Shown: piece by piece, positions 19,074-29,768 of the stretch
Layout: every line of letters starts with the position of its first letter
Position numbering within the stretch: the first letter of the stretch is position 1
Source of the DNA: Planctomycetota bacterium
Lineage (GTDB): Bacteria > Planctomycetota > UBA8108 > SXIK01
Assembly: GCA_965223265.1 (NCBI GenBank)
Contig: OZ244999.1
Coordinates: forward strand, 7,360,001 to 7,424,000
Direction: 5' to 3'
Length of the DNA: 64,000 bases
Program-made: the position numbers and the translations under genes
The notes under the pieces: model-generated
What the model was told of the DNA's origin: nothing
Database searches by the model: none
The model's input: only the letters and a program-made list of their open reading frames with translations

Positions 19074-21227
19074 TTACTTAAACACCGCGCCGGCCATACG
19101 TCCGTACGCGACGTGGCTTTCTTCAGTGAACAGGTTCGCTTCTTCGACGAGCTTGCGCACACGGTCGGTACTGGCACCGCCGAAATCCTCCTGCGCCGCA
19201 CGCAGGTAGTACTCCGCGACACCGGGTACGAAACGCCCGGCTTCAAAGAAACGCTGACGGAACTCCCCGACCCGGTCGTAGTCGTCCGTCAGAAAGAGAC
19301 CTTCTGCAGTGAGCAGACCGTCGGCGGCCTTGTCCATCGCCTCTCGGGCCGCTCGCGCCGCCTCGGCATCGCGTCCTGACTCCAGCGCCAACGTCGCCTC
19401 AAAGACAAGCCGCTCCGCCTCCTCGAGAAGAAACTCCGACTGCGTGACCATCTCACCGGCGCACTCGCCTTGGCCGACGTCCTTGACGTACAACCACGGT
19501 TGCCGGTTGTCGTAGTAGAAGGAGTCGTCTTCGCCGATTTCCGCGAACGGGGCCAGCTCCTCGTGAATGCGAGCCTTGCCGAGACGCTGCATGCACGCCT
19601 GGAAGGTCTCGCCGTTCTGCTTCTGACTGTCGTAAAGGCCCGTCAGCTTGCGAACAACGTCAGGAGCCTTCGACGCCGGCACCTTGGCGACGCCGAGGCC
19701 GTAGGCGTCGGCATTGTTCTCGGTAGTGCCTCCGATGATGACTTGAAAGAGCGGCGCCACCTTGCCGCTCTTTCTCTTGGAAGTGCCGAAGAAGCCGATG
19801 TTGGCGATATGATGCTGGCCGCAAGAATTGAAGCAGCCACTCATCTTGATCGAGATATCGGTCCGCGGGGCACCGTCGCCGTCGCTGATGCCGTTGCCGC
19901 GTTGCAGATCGCGGAGGAATTCACGATGGAGAACGCCAGCCAGTCCACGCGACGAAGCGATACCGAGCTTGCAGGAGTCGGTTCCGGGGCATGCCGTCAT
20001 GTCCGCCATGCTGTTGGCGAGCGGCTGCGCGAGGTGAATCGCCTTGAGGTCGGCGTAGAACTCCGGCAGATCCGAACTGGAAACCCACCTCACGACGAGG
20101 TTCTGCGTCACCGTCGCGCGGACTTGACCGTGCGTATATTTGCGAAGAATCGTTGCGAGTCCTCGTAGCTGAGCAGAAGTCAGATCTCCGAGAGGCAAAA
20201 AGACCGTGACGATCGAGTAACCGGCCTGCTTTTGCAGTTCCACATTGGTGCGGCGCCACGCCTTGAAGCCGGCGCTGTGGCTCGGATCATCTTCGTTCAG
20301 CTCTGACGGTCCCTTGAGAGGTTCATCCTTGTAACGCTGAAGCTCGTCTTCATAGCTAGACCACTGATCTTGGCGGGGGATTCTCGACATTTCATCGAGC
20401 ACCAATTTGCGGAACTCGTCGATCCCCAAGCGATCCACCAGAAATTTCATGCGAGCTCGAGCGCGGTTTTTCTTCTCGCCTTGGGCTGCGAACACTCGCG
20501 CTACTGCCTGAGCCAGCGGCAACATATCGGCAGCCGGTAAGAATTCGCTAAAGAGTTTCGCCTGATGCGGCACCGCGCCAAGTCCTCCGCCGACGTAGAC
20601 CTCGAATCCGCGCTCGACCTTGCCGTCGATCTTACGCTCGGCAGCAATCGCGCCGATGTCATGAATTCGCGCCAAGCCGCAGTGCTTGTCTGGGCAGCCG
20701 GAGTACGCGATCTTGAACTTGCGCCCAAAATTCTGGGCGTCCGGATGCCTCAGAAGAAAATAGGCCATGGCGCGGGCGTACGGGGTGACATCGAACACCT
20801 CATCGCGGCAGGCGCCGGCATACGGGCATGCTGTGACATTTCGCACGGTATTGCCGCAAGCTTCCGTCGTCGTGATCCCGACGTCCGCCAAACGGCGAAA
20901 CATGTTCGGCGTGTCGAGGATGTCGACATAGTGCATCTGGATGTCCTGACGCGTGGTCACATGCGCGATACCAACCGAGTACTCCTCCGCGACCTCGGCC
21001 AGAACGTCAAGTTGATCCGCGTTCATGAGTCCGAGAGGAATCTTGATCCGCTGCATTTGGACGTCCGCCTGGCGCTGCCCATAGACACCGTGACGTAGTC
21101 GGAATTCGAGAAACACTTTCTCGGGCATCTTCCCGTCCAGGAATCTACCGAGTTCGGTCTCGAAGGTATTGATCTCAGTCTGCACCTCGTCTGGGAGGTG
21201 CGCCCAGCGGGCCAAAACGTTACTCAT
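19074..21227 (-). CDS. Siroheme nitrite/sulfite reductase (NirA/Sir type) with C-terminal extension
   Basis: RLRHGVYGQRQ, HVTTRQDIQ, GNTVRNVTAC, RKFKIAYSGC; siroheme/4Fe-4S ligands TACPGTDSC and SGCFNSC; substrate cannot be determined. Confidence 0.93.
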   Translation of the reverse strand: MSNVLARWAHLPDEVQTEINTFETELGRFLDGKMPEKVFLEFRLRHGVYGQRQADVQMQRIKIPLGLMNADQLDVLAEVAEEYSVGIAHVTTRQDIQMHYVDILDTPNMFRRLADVGITTTEACGNTVRNVTACPYAGACRDEVFDVTPYARAMAYFLLRHPDAQNFGRKFKIAYSGCPDKHCGLARIHDIGAIAAERKIDGKVERGFEVYVGGGLGAVPHQAKLFSEFLPAADMLPLAQAVARVFAAQGEKKNRARARMKFLVDRLGIDEFRKLVLDEMSRIPRQDQWSSYEDELQRYKDEPLKGPSELNEDDPSHSAGFKAWRRTNVELQKQAGYSIVTVFLPLGDLTSAQLRGLATILRKYTHGQVRATVTQNLVVRWVSSSDLPEFYADLKAIHLAQPLANSMADMTACPGTDSCKLGIASSRGLAGVLHREFLRDLQRGNGISDGDGAPRTDISIKMSGCFNSCGQHHIANIGFFGTSKRKSGKVAPLFQVIIGGTTENNADAYGLGVAKVPASKAPDVVRKLTGLYDSQKQNGETFQACMQRLGKARIHEELAPFAEIGEDDSFYYDNRQPWLYVKDVGQGECAGEMVTQSEFLLEEAERLVFEATLALESGRDAEAARAAREAMDKAADGLLTAEGLFLTDDYDRVGEFRQRFFEAGRFVPGVAEYYLRAAQEDFGGASTDRVRKLVEEANLFTEESHVAYGRMAGAVFK

Positions 21228-21535
21228 CGCTAATTCCTCATGGAATCGTTCAGTTTTCGGATTTGCCGTTGCGACGGGTCAGGTATGCGCTCACGGCCTT
21301 TGAATTCGCAGGCTCGACGAGCGCTCTCTAGGGCCGCACGCGAAGGTTGCCGCGTCAGCCGCGAAAAGCTGCTGACACTGCCTGGAACGCGCCAGCGTGC
21401 CCAGAATCTCAATCGCCATCCACACTACACCGTCCGACAACGACAACAAAGGCTGTCGAAAACACGCGCGATGATCGCGCCGAAGTATGTCGGACGGTAA
21501 GTCTGGCTTTTCATGGACTGCAGTGAGATGGTCAG

Positions 21536-21552
21536 TGCGGGGGGCGTGCCAA
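21536..21552 (-). promoter_or_regulatory. Candidate sigma54 promoter TTGGCACG-CCCC-CCGCA pointing to the reductase
   Basis: Perfect -24 element and exact GG-N10-GC spacing; the -12 element has CC instead of TT. Confidence 0.45.
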
Positions 21553-21756
21553 GTCTTGAGATCGAAGGAGCTTCAAGCCCTCCCGCCGGCCGCGCTGGGG
21601 CTCCCGCAAAGGCACTTCGGGTTGGCGAAGAACGCCTCCAGCTACGGTAAGAACGAGCTTTTGTTGTACAACGTTAGGCTGCGAAAGTCCAGACGCCGGA
21701 CCACCCGCAGCGATCGCCGCATTGCGCCGTTTACACACACGCGGTACGATCGACCC

Positions 21757-22053
21757 ATGCGTGACGATTGGGAAAGCTTAAAGGGAACCAAACACTTCGA
21801 AGACTTACTCGAGTTTCCCTGCGGATTTTCGATCAAGATTATCTGTCGCGCCGGTGGTTGGGTTCGAGAGGCCGTCGAGCAGCAGCTGGCGACCGTGCCT
21901 CCGGACCCGGGCGCCGAGATCGTCACCGAGCGACTCAGCCGGGGTGGGAAATACGTCGCGCTCACCGTGCGACTGCGAGTCGTCTCCGGCGGTCACCTGC
22001 GCCGGTGCTACACCGTTCTCAAGGACCTCGACAGCGTGCGGCTCGTCCTGTGA
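21757..22053 (+). CDS. DUF493 (YbeD-like) protein
   Basis: LLEFPCGFSIKI...SRGGKYVALTV...YTVLKDLDSVRLVL; start at ATG 21757. Confidence 0.85.
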   Translation: MRDDWESLKGTKHFEDLLEFPCGFSIKIICRAGGWVREAVEQQLATVPPDPGAEIVTERLSRGGKYVALTVRLRVVSGGHLRRCYTVLKDLDSVRLVL

Positions 22054-22243
22054 CGGACGCTGGCGGCGACGAATCGCGGCCAAACGGACAGGGGAATTTC
22101 GCAGCCTGCTTCCGCAGCATGCGGTACGATTTAGGGCTGTAGAGGTTGGGTAAAACGGGACCGGGAATCGGCACGACCGCTCGCCAGATGTGTGTGCTGC
22201 GAGCCGATCGAACCGCGTGGTCGCAGCGAGCTATAGACGAACA

Positions 22244-25200
22244 ATGAAGTCGACGAATCGCGCTTGGTTTTGGTTCCTGTTTCTGTCTCTCACTGCTTCG
22301 GCGACGATCGAAGCACAGCCCGTGATCACCGAGCTCGTGGCCAACAACGGCGGCAGCCTCCTCGACGAGTACCTCGAGCCGAGCGACTGGATCGAGATCT
22401 ACGCTGGTGAGACGGCCGTCGACCTCACAGATTGGTACCTCTCTGACGATCCAAGCGAGCTCACGAAGTGGAGATTCCCCCCTACGAATCTCGACGCCGG
22501 TGGCTATCTCATATTGTTTGCGTCTGGCAAGGATCGCGTCGGCGGCGAGTATCTCCACACAAATTTTCGACTGAACCGCGGTGGGGAATCGATCCTCCTG
22601 GTGCAGCCCGATGGCACCACGGTAGCCTCTTCGTTCGAGTTCCCCGCCCAGGTCGACTACGCATCATTTGGCGCGCGCATGCCCGCAAGCTCTGACGCCT
22701 TGATCGAAGACGGCACGACTGCAACCTTCTTCGTACCACAGAACGACGAGCTTGCATTGACGTGGACGCAGAACGACTTCGATGATTCGAGTTGGCTGAG
22801 CGGGCCACTGCCGCTCGGATATGACCAAAGCTCAACGCCCGCATATAACGACGTTCCTCTCTTCGATGTCAGTGAACAGATGCGCGGTGTCAACTCGAGT
22901 GCCTACTTGCGTATCGAGTTTGACGTTGCCGACCCAGACGTAGTCGACGCGTTTCTCGTCTCGCTCAGGTACGACGATGGACTCGCCCTTTATCTCAACG
23001 GCGAGGAAGTGCTGCGGCGCAACGCACCGAGCGATCTGAGGTGGAATTCACGCGCCACTCGCAGCCGCGCCGCGAGCGACGCACTGCGACCCGATTTCGT
23101 CAACATGAGTAGCTCCGTCAATCTTCTGCGGCCCGGGACCAATGTGCTCGCTTGCCACCTGCTCAACTTCTCCCAGAACCACCGCAACGTCCTTTTTTGG
23201 CCGCATATAGAATCCCGCACCCTCGAGTCCGTCGACGTTGACGAGCCGAACTACTTCGATGAGCCGACCCCGGGGTGGCTGAACGGAGTTGGCTTTCCTG
23301 GAGTTGCGTCGAGCATTGAGTTTTCACTGCCAACGACGCTGTCAGCAGAACCGCAGCAGGTCACACTTTCGTTCGCCCCCGGTAACGAAGTTCACTACAC
23401 CACCAACGGTCAGTCCCCGACCCTTGAGGCACCGCTCTACACCGGCTCGATAACTGTCGACAACACGATGCGTGTCCAAGCCCGCGCTTTCCAGGAGGGT
23501 CTCCTACCCGGGCCGATTGCTCGTGAGGAATACGTGCTTATCGATCCGCTGCTCCTGCAAGAGACGTCGGATGTGCCGCTCGTCGTCGTGGCGACGTTCG
23601 GCCGGGGCGTCAGCGGTTCGTTCGCAACGCCGGGCTCACTGTTCGTTTTCGACCGCGGCGACGACGGTCGAGCCGCGCTCACAAAGAACGTCGACTATGC
23701 GGGCGATGCGGCGTTCAAAGTGCGCGGCTCAAGCACAGGCTCACGAGCAAAATTCAGCCTCTCGGTCGAACTACGGGACAACGAGGGCGACGATTTTGAT
23801 GCTGAGATTCTTGGGATGCCGCCTGAGTCCGACTGGGTGCTCTACGGCGCCTTCAACTTTGACCGCGCGCTGATGCGAAACGCCTTCATCTATGAGCTGA
23901 GTAATCGCATCGGACGCTACGCGACGCGAACGAGATTCTGCGAGGTTTACGTACTGCAGAGCTCTCAGAAGCTAACGAGCGGAAACTATTTCGGCGTCTA
24001 TTCGTTCTGCGAGAAGATCAAGCGCGGTCCGGATCGCGTCGACGTCGAAGCCCTTGAACCGACCGACGTCACCGAACCGAACATCACCGGCGGTTACATC
24101 TTCAAAATCGATCGCCTCGATCCTGGGGACACTGGCTTCAGCGCCGGCGGCCAGACCATGGGCCACGTCTACCCGAAGGAGTCGATCATCGAACAGACGC
24201 CGGAGCAGCAGGAGTGGCTCAAGGACTTTGTCAACCGCTTCGCCGCGTCCCTGCGCAGCCCCGATTTCGACAACCCGGAGACCGGCTACGCATCGTTCAT
24301 CGATGTCGACGGTTGGATTGACCACCATTTGCTCAACGTCCTGGCGCTGAACGTCGACGCCCTACGGCTGAGCACGTACATGCATAAGTACCGCAGTGGC
24401 AAGTTCATCATGGGTCCTATCTGGGACTTCGATCGCTCAATGGGATCGACCGACGGACGGGACGCCAACCCAATCGGTTGGAGCGGAACCGGCGACGCGA
24501 CACCGTTCTTCACATATCCGTGGTGGCGGGATCTGTTTCGCGATCCGGCATTCTGGGAGCGCTACATGGAGCGCTGGTTCGAGTTACGGCAGGGAGAGTT
24601 CAGCACTGGCAATATCCACAACTTGATCGATGGCATGGCTCTGGAGATCGCGGAATCTAGTGTGCGGAACTACGCTAGATGGCGCAGTGCCGCACCGCCG
24701 TCGCTCGAGTTCGCGGTCGATCGACTCAAAACATGGCTCGCGAGGCGCGTGGATTGGATCGACTCACAATTCATCGACGTGCCGGAGTTCGTGGGACCGA
24801 CAGGCGAAGTCCCATCGGGATCGCTCGTCGACATGCGAACCACCGAAGGCAAAGTCATCTACACGATCAACGGGCCCGACCCAAGACCGTTCGGCGAAGA
24901 TGTGAGTCCGGAGGCTGTCGAATACGATGGTCAGCCGCTGGTCATCGTCAGCAATCAAAGAATTAGGGCGCGAACCTTCGTCGAAAACAAAGGATGGAGC
25001 GATCTGGTCACCGAGTTCTTTATTACGGACCCGTTGCCTCTTGTCATCACGGAAATCATGTACAACCCGCCTCGAGGCGAGACGACTCGTACCGTCGACT
25101 TCGAGTATCTTGAGCTCTTCAACAGAAGTGACCGACCGATCGAACTCGCCGGTGCAGGATTCTCCACCATACCGCTTTTCCAATTCGACCCCGAGACCTC

Positions 25201-25819
25201 GATGACTCTCGGGCCAAACGAGTACATCGTGCTACCCGCCAACAATACATTTTTCGCCGAAAGATACGGTGAGGACGGCATCCGCATCGGCGGCACGCTC
25301 GGTCGCGGAGCACTCCGTAACACGGGTCAAAGGATCGAACTGCTCGGACCGCTGGGAGAAACGATTGCCGATTTTGTGTATGACGACGATTGGTTCCCTG
25401 AAACCGACGGCGAGGGTTACTCGCTCGTTCTTCGCGACCCGACAACGCCGGCGACAGAGTGGAGTTCGCCCGCGAGCTGGCGGGCCAGTTTCGAGCGGCT
25501 CGGTTCCCCGGGACGGGAAGATCTCCCGGCGTCGGACGGCCGCCAGCTACCAGGAGACTTCACTCAAGACCGCAAATTGAACATCGCTGATGCGATCGGC
25601 GTCCTGCGACACTTATTCGCGGGGGTCTCGGTCCTACCATGCGATTCCGAGGTCGCGAACCAGACGCTTCTCGACGTCAACGGTGACAACAAGCTTGATG
25701 GCTCAGACGCTCTCTACACTCTGCGCTATCTCTTCTCCGCAGCGTCCCCTGCGGCAGTCCTTGGCACCGAATGCGTGTCGATCCCCGAGTGTCCGTCAGC
25801 CTGTTTCGGGCAGCCATAG
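22244..25819 (+). CDS. Secreted CotH kinase family protein with lamin-tail domains and a C-terminal dockerin-like domain
   Basis: Signal peptide; VITELVANN...DWIEIY lamin-tail domain; KVRGSST, DWVL, ALMRN, GPIWDFDRSMG CotH motifs; second lamin-tail domain LVITEIMYNP; GDFTQDRKLNIADAI / DVNGDNKLDGSD. Confidence 0.9.
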   Translation: MKSTNRAWFWFLFLSLTASATIEAQPVITELVANNGGSLLDEYLEPSDWIEIYAGETAVDLTDWYLSDDPSELTKWRFPPTNLDAGGYLILFASGKDRVGGEYLHTNFRLNRGGESILLVQPDGTTVASSFEFPAQVDYASFGARMPASSDALIEDGTTATFFVPQNDELALTWTQNDFDDSSWLSGPLPLGYDQSSTPAYNDVPLFDVSEQMRGVNSSAYLRIEFDVADPDVVDAFLVSLRYDDGLALYLNGEEVLRRNAPSDLRWNSRATRSRAASDALRPDFVNMSSSVNLLRPGTNVLACHLLNFSQNHRNVLFWPHIESRTLESVDVDEPNYFDEPTPGWLNGVGFPGVASSIEFSLPTTLSAEPQQVTLSFAPGNEVHYTTNGQSPTLEAPLYTGSITVDNTMRVQARAFQEGLLPGPIAREEYVLIDPLLLQETSDVPLVVVATFGRGVSGSFATPGSLFVFDRGDDGRAALTKNVDYAGDAAFKVRGSSTGSRAKFSLSVELRDNEGDDFDAEILGMPPESDWVLYGAFNFDRALMRNAFIYELSNRIGRYATRTRFCEVYVLQSSQKLTSGNYFGVYSFCEKIKRGPDRVDVEALEPTDVTEPNITGGYIFKIDRLDPGDTGFSAGGQTMGHVYPKESIIEQTPEQQEWLKDFVNRFAASLRSPDFDNPETGYASFIDVDGWIDHHLLNVLALNVDALRLSTYMHKYRSGKFIMGPIWDFDRSMGSTDGRDANPIGWSGTGDATPFFTYPWWRDLFRDPAFWERYMERWFELRQGEFSTGNIHNLIDGMALEIAESSVRNYARWRSAAPPSLEFAVDRLKTWLARRVDWIDSQFIDVPEFVGPTGEVPSGSLVDMRTTEGKVIYTINGPDPRPFGEDVSPEAVEYDGQPLVIVSNQRIRARTFVENKGWSDLVTEFFITDPLPLVITEIMYNPPRGETTRTVDFEYLELFNRSDRPIELAGAGFSTIPLFQFDPETSMTLGPNEYIVLPANNTFFAERYGEDGIRIGGTLGRGALRNTGQRIELLGPLGETIADFVYDDDWFPETDGEGYSLVLRDPTTPATEWSSPASWRASFERLGSPGREDLPASDGRQLPGDFTQDRKLNIADAIGVLRHLFAGVSVLPCDSEVANQTLLDVNGDNKLDGSDALYTLRYLFSAASPAAVLGTECVSIPECPSACFGQP

Positions 25820-25887
25820 ACGCAGATTCGCGGCACCAATCGCGATCGAAGCGTTGAACCGCGGTCGACGCAGCGAAAAGAGACCGA

Positions 25888-28800
25888 ATGAGAACGCACC
25901 GCTCGGAAATCTCTCAACCCAAGAATGTCACATGTGGTCACGGCGCTCAGTACGCCGGGCGACCCACGCTGTTGCCGTCACTTGTCCGCGGAGTTGCGAC
26001 TGTCTGCATTCTCATGGCCTCGGCGGCCGTCAATGCTGACGTCGTCATCACCGAGTTCATGGCGAGCAATTTCGACGCCCTGCAAGATGACGACTGCGAA
26101 TACTCAGATTGGATCGAGCTGTTCAACTTCGGATCGAGTGCGACAGATCTCAACGGCTGGTCCTTAACCGACGACCCATCGGATCTGACAAAATGGGTCT
26201 TCCCGGACGTCGTCCTTCTCGAGGGGGAACACATGGTCCTCTTCGCGTCAGGGAAGGATCGTCGCGATCCCGAGAAAGCACTTCACACAAACTTCAAGTT
26301 GAGCGCCGCCGGTGAGTTTCTTGCACTCGTCGATCCGAGCGGGGCGCTACGCTCCACGTTCGCCCCCGAGTACCCGCCCCAGACCTACTTCGCGACCTAT
26401 GGCGCCAGTATAGAAACCCAGCGCACCGAGTTGATCACCCCCGATCATGTCGCGCGCTACCATGTTCCGACCATCGATGATGCTCCACTGGAGACTTCCT
26501 GGGCAGAGCTTGACTTCGACGACAGCGGGTGGGCTGAAGCTCCACTGCCGTTTGGATTCGACGTCAGGTCGCAGCCGGTGTTCGATGAGTTTTTCACTAC
26601 CGACCTCGCCGACGTGATGCACGCGAAGGGTGCGTCGATCTGGGTCAGGATCCGATTCGACATCAATGACGTCGCGGCGGTTCACTCTCTCCTGCTCCGA
26701 ATGCGATTCGACGACGGCTTCATCGCGTTCGTCAATGGCGCTCGCCTGGGGAGCAGTGCAGCACCCGAAGCGGTGAAGTGGAATTCAACGGCGACGGCCG
26801 CACGCCGCAGCGAAGACTCCACAGAGTTTGACGATTTCCCACTTCTCGGGTTTAAGCGACACCTTCGTGACGGCTCCAACGTGCTGGCCATTCAGGGCCT
26901 CAACATCGCGCGCCAAAGCAATGACTTCCTTCTTGATCCGACGCTCGAGTCAGCCACCGTACTTTCGATCGATGCCGAGACGCGGGTCTTCCTTGAGCCG
27001 ATCACTCCTGGCTCTGTCAATCCATCCGGGAAGGAGCTGATCGCAAGCCGCCCTGAATTCTCACACCCGAGAGGCCTCTTCGCCGCGCCGTTCGATCTCG
27101 AGCTGACGCACGAATCTCCCGACACGACGATTCGCTATACTCTGGACGGTGAAGAGCCCACATTGGAATCGCCGATCTACGATGGCCCGATCCCAATCGA
27201 GACATCGACGAAGGTCACGGCGCGCTCCTACAGGCCTGGCACCATCCCGAGCGACGCCGTTCGCCAAACCTATCTCGCGCTCGACCCAAACCTATTCGAT
27301 TTTTCTTCCGACTTGCCGATCGTCGTCGTGACGACGTTCGACAGAGACATCGGCGCGGGCGCCTTCGCCGACGCCGACATCGTCGTGCTCGACCGCGGCT
27401 CCGATGGGCGTGCGATGCTTCTCGACGAGCCTGTCTTGTCGTCGCTCGCAGGCGTCAAACTGCGTGGCTCCAGCACACAGAGCCGGCCTAAACGAGCCTA
27501 CAGCGTCGAAATCCGTGACCTGAAGGATGCCGATCGCGATGTTGAATTCCTCGGCATGCCGGCGGAGTCAGACTGGATTCTTTACGCCGCGTTCAACTTC
27601 GATCGAGCTCTCATGCGCAACGCGTTCATCTACGAGATCAGCAATCAGATGGGTGTTTACGCACCGCGAACGAGATTTTGCGAAGTCTTCGTCGCTGCCA
27701 GAGGCCAGCCCGTCTCGATGTCCCACTACGTCGGGGTCTATTCGGTCATCGAGAAAATCAAGCGCGGCGAAGACCGCGTCGATATCGACCGGCTCCGCCC
27801 GGGGGACGTCACAGAACCCGCGATCTCCGGGGGGTACATCGTCAAGATCGACCGTCTCGATCCCGGCGATCGCGGCTTCAATGCTGGCGGGCGAACCCTC
27901 GCCTACGTTGAACCGAAGGAATCGGATGTTTTGAAAGTCCCGGCGCAGGTCGAGTGGATCGCCGGCTTTTTCGATGCGTTCAAAGCCACACTCGATTCGC
28001 CGGAATTCGCTGATCCCGTCGGCGGCTACCATCAATTCATCGACGTCGACGAGTGGATCGATCATCATCTCCTCAATGCGTTTACCAAGAACCCCGACGG
28101 TCTGGCACTGAGCACATACCTCCATCTGCCTCGAGAGGGCAAGCTCGCGATGGGGCCGATCTGGGACTTCGATCGCGCCATGGGGCCGGACGACGATGGG
28201 CGGGCACTGAGTCCCGCCGGCTGGACGCACTATTTTTCCATTCTGTGGTGGAATCGGCTCTTTCAGGACCCCGCCTTTGAGGATCGTTGGTGGACCCGCT
28301 GGTTCGAGCTCCGCGATAGCTTCTTCACCGTCACGAACATGCACGGAGTCATCGATCGTTTCGCCGCCGAGATCGCCGAAGCCCAGGTGCGAAACTTTCA
28401 GCGTTGGCCGGGCCTGGTGGCAGAGGACGGAGGCTGGGAATCCGAAGTAGAACAGCTGCGGGTCTGGGTCGCCGAGCGTCTCTTGTGGATCGACAGCCAG
28501 TTTTTCGACAGCGTGAGCGGACCGCCGGGCGGCGTCGTCGACGTTGGCACCAAAATCGTCCTGAGCAGCACCAGCGACGAGATCTTCTACACGCTGACTG
28601 GTGGTGAGCCTCGCGAGCACGACGGTACCGTATCCGCGGGCGCAGTCCTCTACGATGAACCTCCGGTCGTCACGACGAATGTCCGTATTCGCGCCCGAGC
28701 GCGTTTCGATTCTCGCTGGTGGGGACCGGCGTTTGATCAGATCTACATCACTGAGCCGATTCGTTTGGTGATCACCGAGGTCAACTACGCGCCGCGCGAC

Positions 28801-29535
28801 CCTTTCACGAGACGACCGCGAACGCAGGAGCAGTTTATCGAAGTGCAGAACGTCGGCGATCAAGACATAGAGCTGGCAGGCATCTCACTTGTCGGGTCAC
28901 CGCGTTTCAGCTTCGGGGGGGCGAGCGTGCAGACACTGCGCCCGGGAGAGTTTGGCGTGCTCGTGCGCGATCAGGAGGAGTTCGCGGCGCGCTACGACAC
29001 CAGCGAGATCAACATCCTCGGTGAATTTGCCGGCCAAATCACCCCCGCCGGACAGGCATTCACGATCGTCGGGCCGCTTGGGGAAGTCGTACAACAGTTC
29101 TCGTTCGATGGAACTTGGTACGAAGAGGGCAGTGCGAACGGCCACTCGATCGTCATCGTCGACGCAGAGGGCGAAGCGGATGCTTGGAATCAGATGGCCG
29201 GCTGGCGCCCTAGTCACGCGCGCGGTGGTTCCCCGGGTCGTCCAGACGCCCCAGTGGAGCCCGGCGAACGACTCCCCGGTGACTTCAATCGTGACCAACG
29301 ACTGAACGTGACCGACGCGGTCACCCTCTTGAGAGGACTCTTCAACGGCTCGTCGTTTCCACCCTGCGAGACTTCTACAGGCACGACCCGACTTCTCGAC
29401 GCAAACGGTGATGCGCTGCTCGATCTCGCCGATGCCGTGCATCTTCTGCGCTACCTCTTCGCCAGCGGAGCGCCGCCCCACCTCGGAAACACCTGCGTGA
29501 CCATCCCCGGCTGCTCGACAAGCTGCGACGGATAA
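25888..29535 (+). CDS. Tandem paralog: CotH kinase, lamin-tail and dockerin-like protein
   Basis: Same architecture; shared blocks such as AFNFDRALMRNAFIYE, EKIKRG and GPIWDFDRAMG. Confidence 0.9.
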   Translation: MRTHRSEISQPKNVTCGHGAQYAGRPTLLPSLVRGVATVCILMASAAVNADVVITEFMASNFDALQDDDCEYSDWIELFNFGSSATDLNGWSLTDDPSDLTKWVFPDVVLLEGEHMVLFASGKDRRDPEKALHTNFKLSAAGEFLALVDPSGALRSTFAPEYPPQTYFATYGASIETQRTELITPDHVARYHVPTIDDAPLETSWAELDFDDSGWAEAPLPFGFDVRSQPVFDEFFTTDLADVMHAKGASIWVRIRFDINDVAAVHSLLLRMRFDDGFIAFVNGARLGSSAAPEAVKWNSTATAARRSEDSTEFDDFPLLGFKRHLRDGSNVLAIQGLNIARQSNDFLLDPTLESATVLSIDAETRVFLEPITPGSVNPSGKELIASRPEFSHPRGLFAAPFDLELTHESPDTTIRYTLDGEEPTLESPIYDGPIPIETSTKVTARSYRPGTIPSDAVRQTYLALDPNLFDFSSDLPIVVVTTFDRDIGAGAFADADIVVLDRGSDGRAMLLDEPVLSSLAGVKLRGSSTQSRPKRAYSVEIRDLKDADRDVEFLGMPAESDWILYAAFNFDRALMRNAFIYEISNQMGVYAPRTRFCEVFVAARGQPVSMSHYVGVYSVIEKIKRGEDRVDIDRLRPGDVTEPAISGGYIVKIDRLDPGDRGFNAGGRTLAYVEPKESDVLKVPAQVEWIAGFFDAFKATLDSPEFADPVGGYHQFIDVDEWIDHHLLNAFTKNPDGLALSTYLHLPREGKLAMGPIWDFDRAMGPDDDGRALSPAGWTHYFSILWWNRLFQDPAFEDRWWTRWFELRDSFFTVTNMHGVIDRFAAEIAEAQVRNFQRWPGLVAEDGGWESEVEQLRVWVAERLLWIDSQFFDSVSGPPGGVVDVGTKIVLSSTSDEIFYTLTGGEPREHDGTVSAGAVLYDEPPVVTTNVRIRARARFDSRWWGPAFDQIYITEPIRLVITEVNYAPRDPFTRRPRTQEQFIEVQNVGDQDIELAGISLVGSPRFSFGGASVQTLRPGEFGVLVRDQEEFAARYDTSEINILGEFAGQITPAGQAFTIVGPLGEVVQQFSFDGTWYEEGSANGHSIVIVDAEGEADAWNQMAGWRPSHARGGSPGRPDAPVEPGERLPGDFNRDQRLNVTDAVTLLRGLFNGSSFPPCETSTGTTRLLDANGDALLDLADAVHLLRYLFASGAPPHLGNTCVTIPGCSTSCDG

Positions 29536-29558
29536 CAGCCGACACGGAGCGAGACGGT

Positions 29559-29720
29559 TTTGCGTTTGCGTTTGCGTTTGCGTTTGCGTTTGCGAGTGCG
29601 TTTGCGAGTGCGTGGGCGAGGGCGTTCGCGAGGGCGAGGGAGCACTCTGCTTCTGAATCTGTCTCCGCCTCTGCCTCCGTATCTGTATCTGCTTCTGTAT
29701 CTGTCTCCGCCTCTGCCTCC
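29559..29720. repeat. Degenerate hexamer tandem-repeat tract
   Basis: (TTTGCG)x6, then NNNGCG variants to about 29642, then GNNTCY hexamers to 29720. Confidence 0.9.
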
Positions 29721-29768
29721 AGTGCCCGCGCGGCGTCGGGGGTCGAGTACCGCCGCCCGGACTTGGCG

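Noticed and set aside
21290-21420. CGGCAACC on the minus strand suggesting a SAM-I riboswitch before the reductase
   Set aside because: Other core elements (ATCxAGAG, GGTGC, closing GAT) are not arranged correctly
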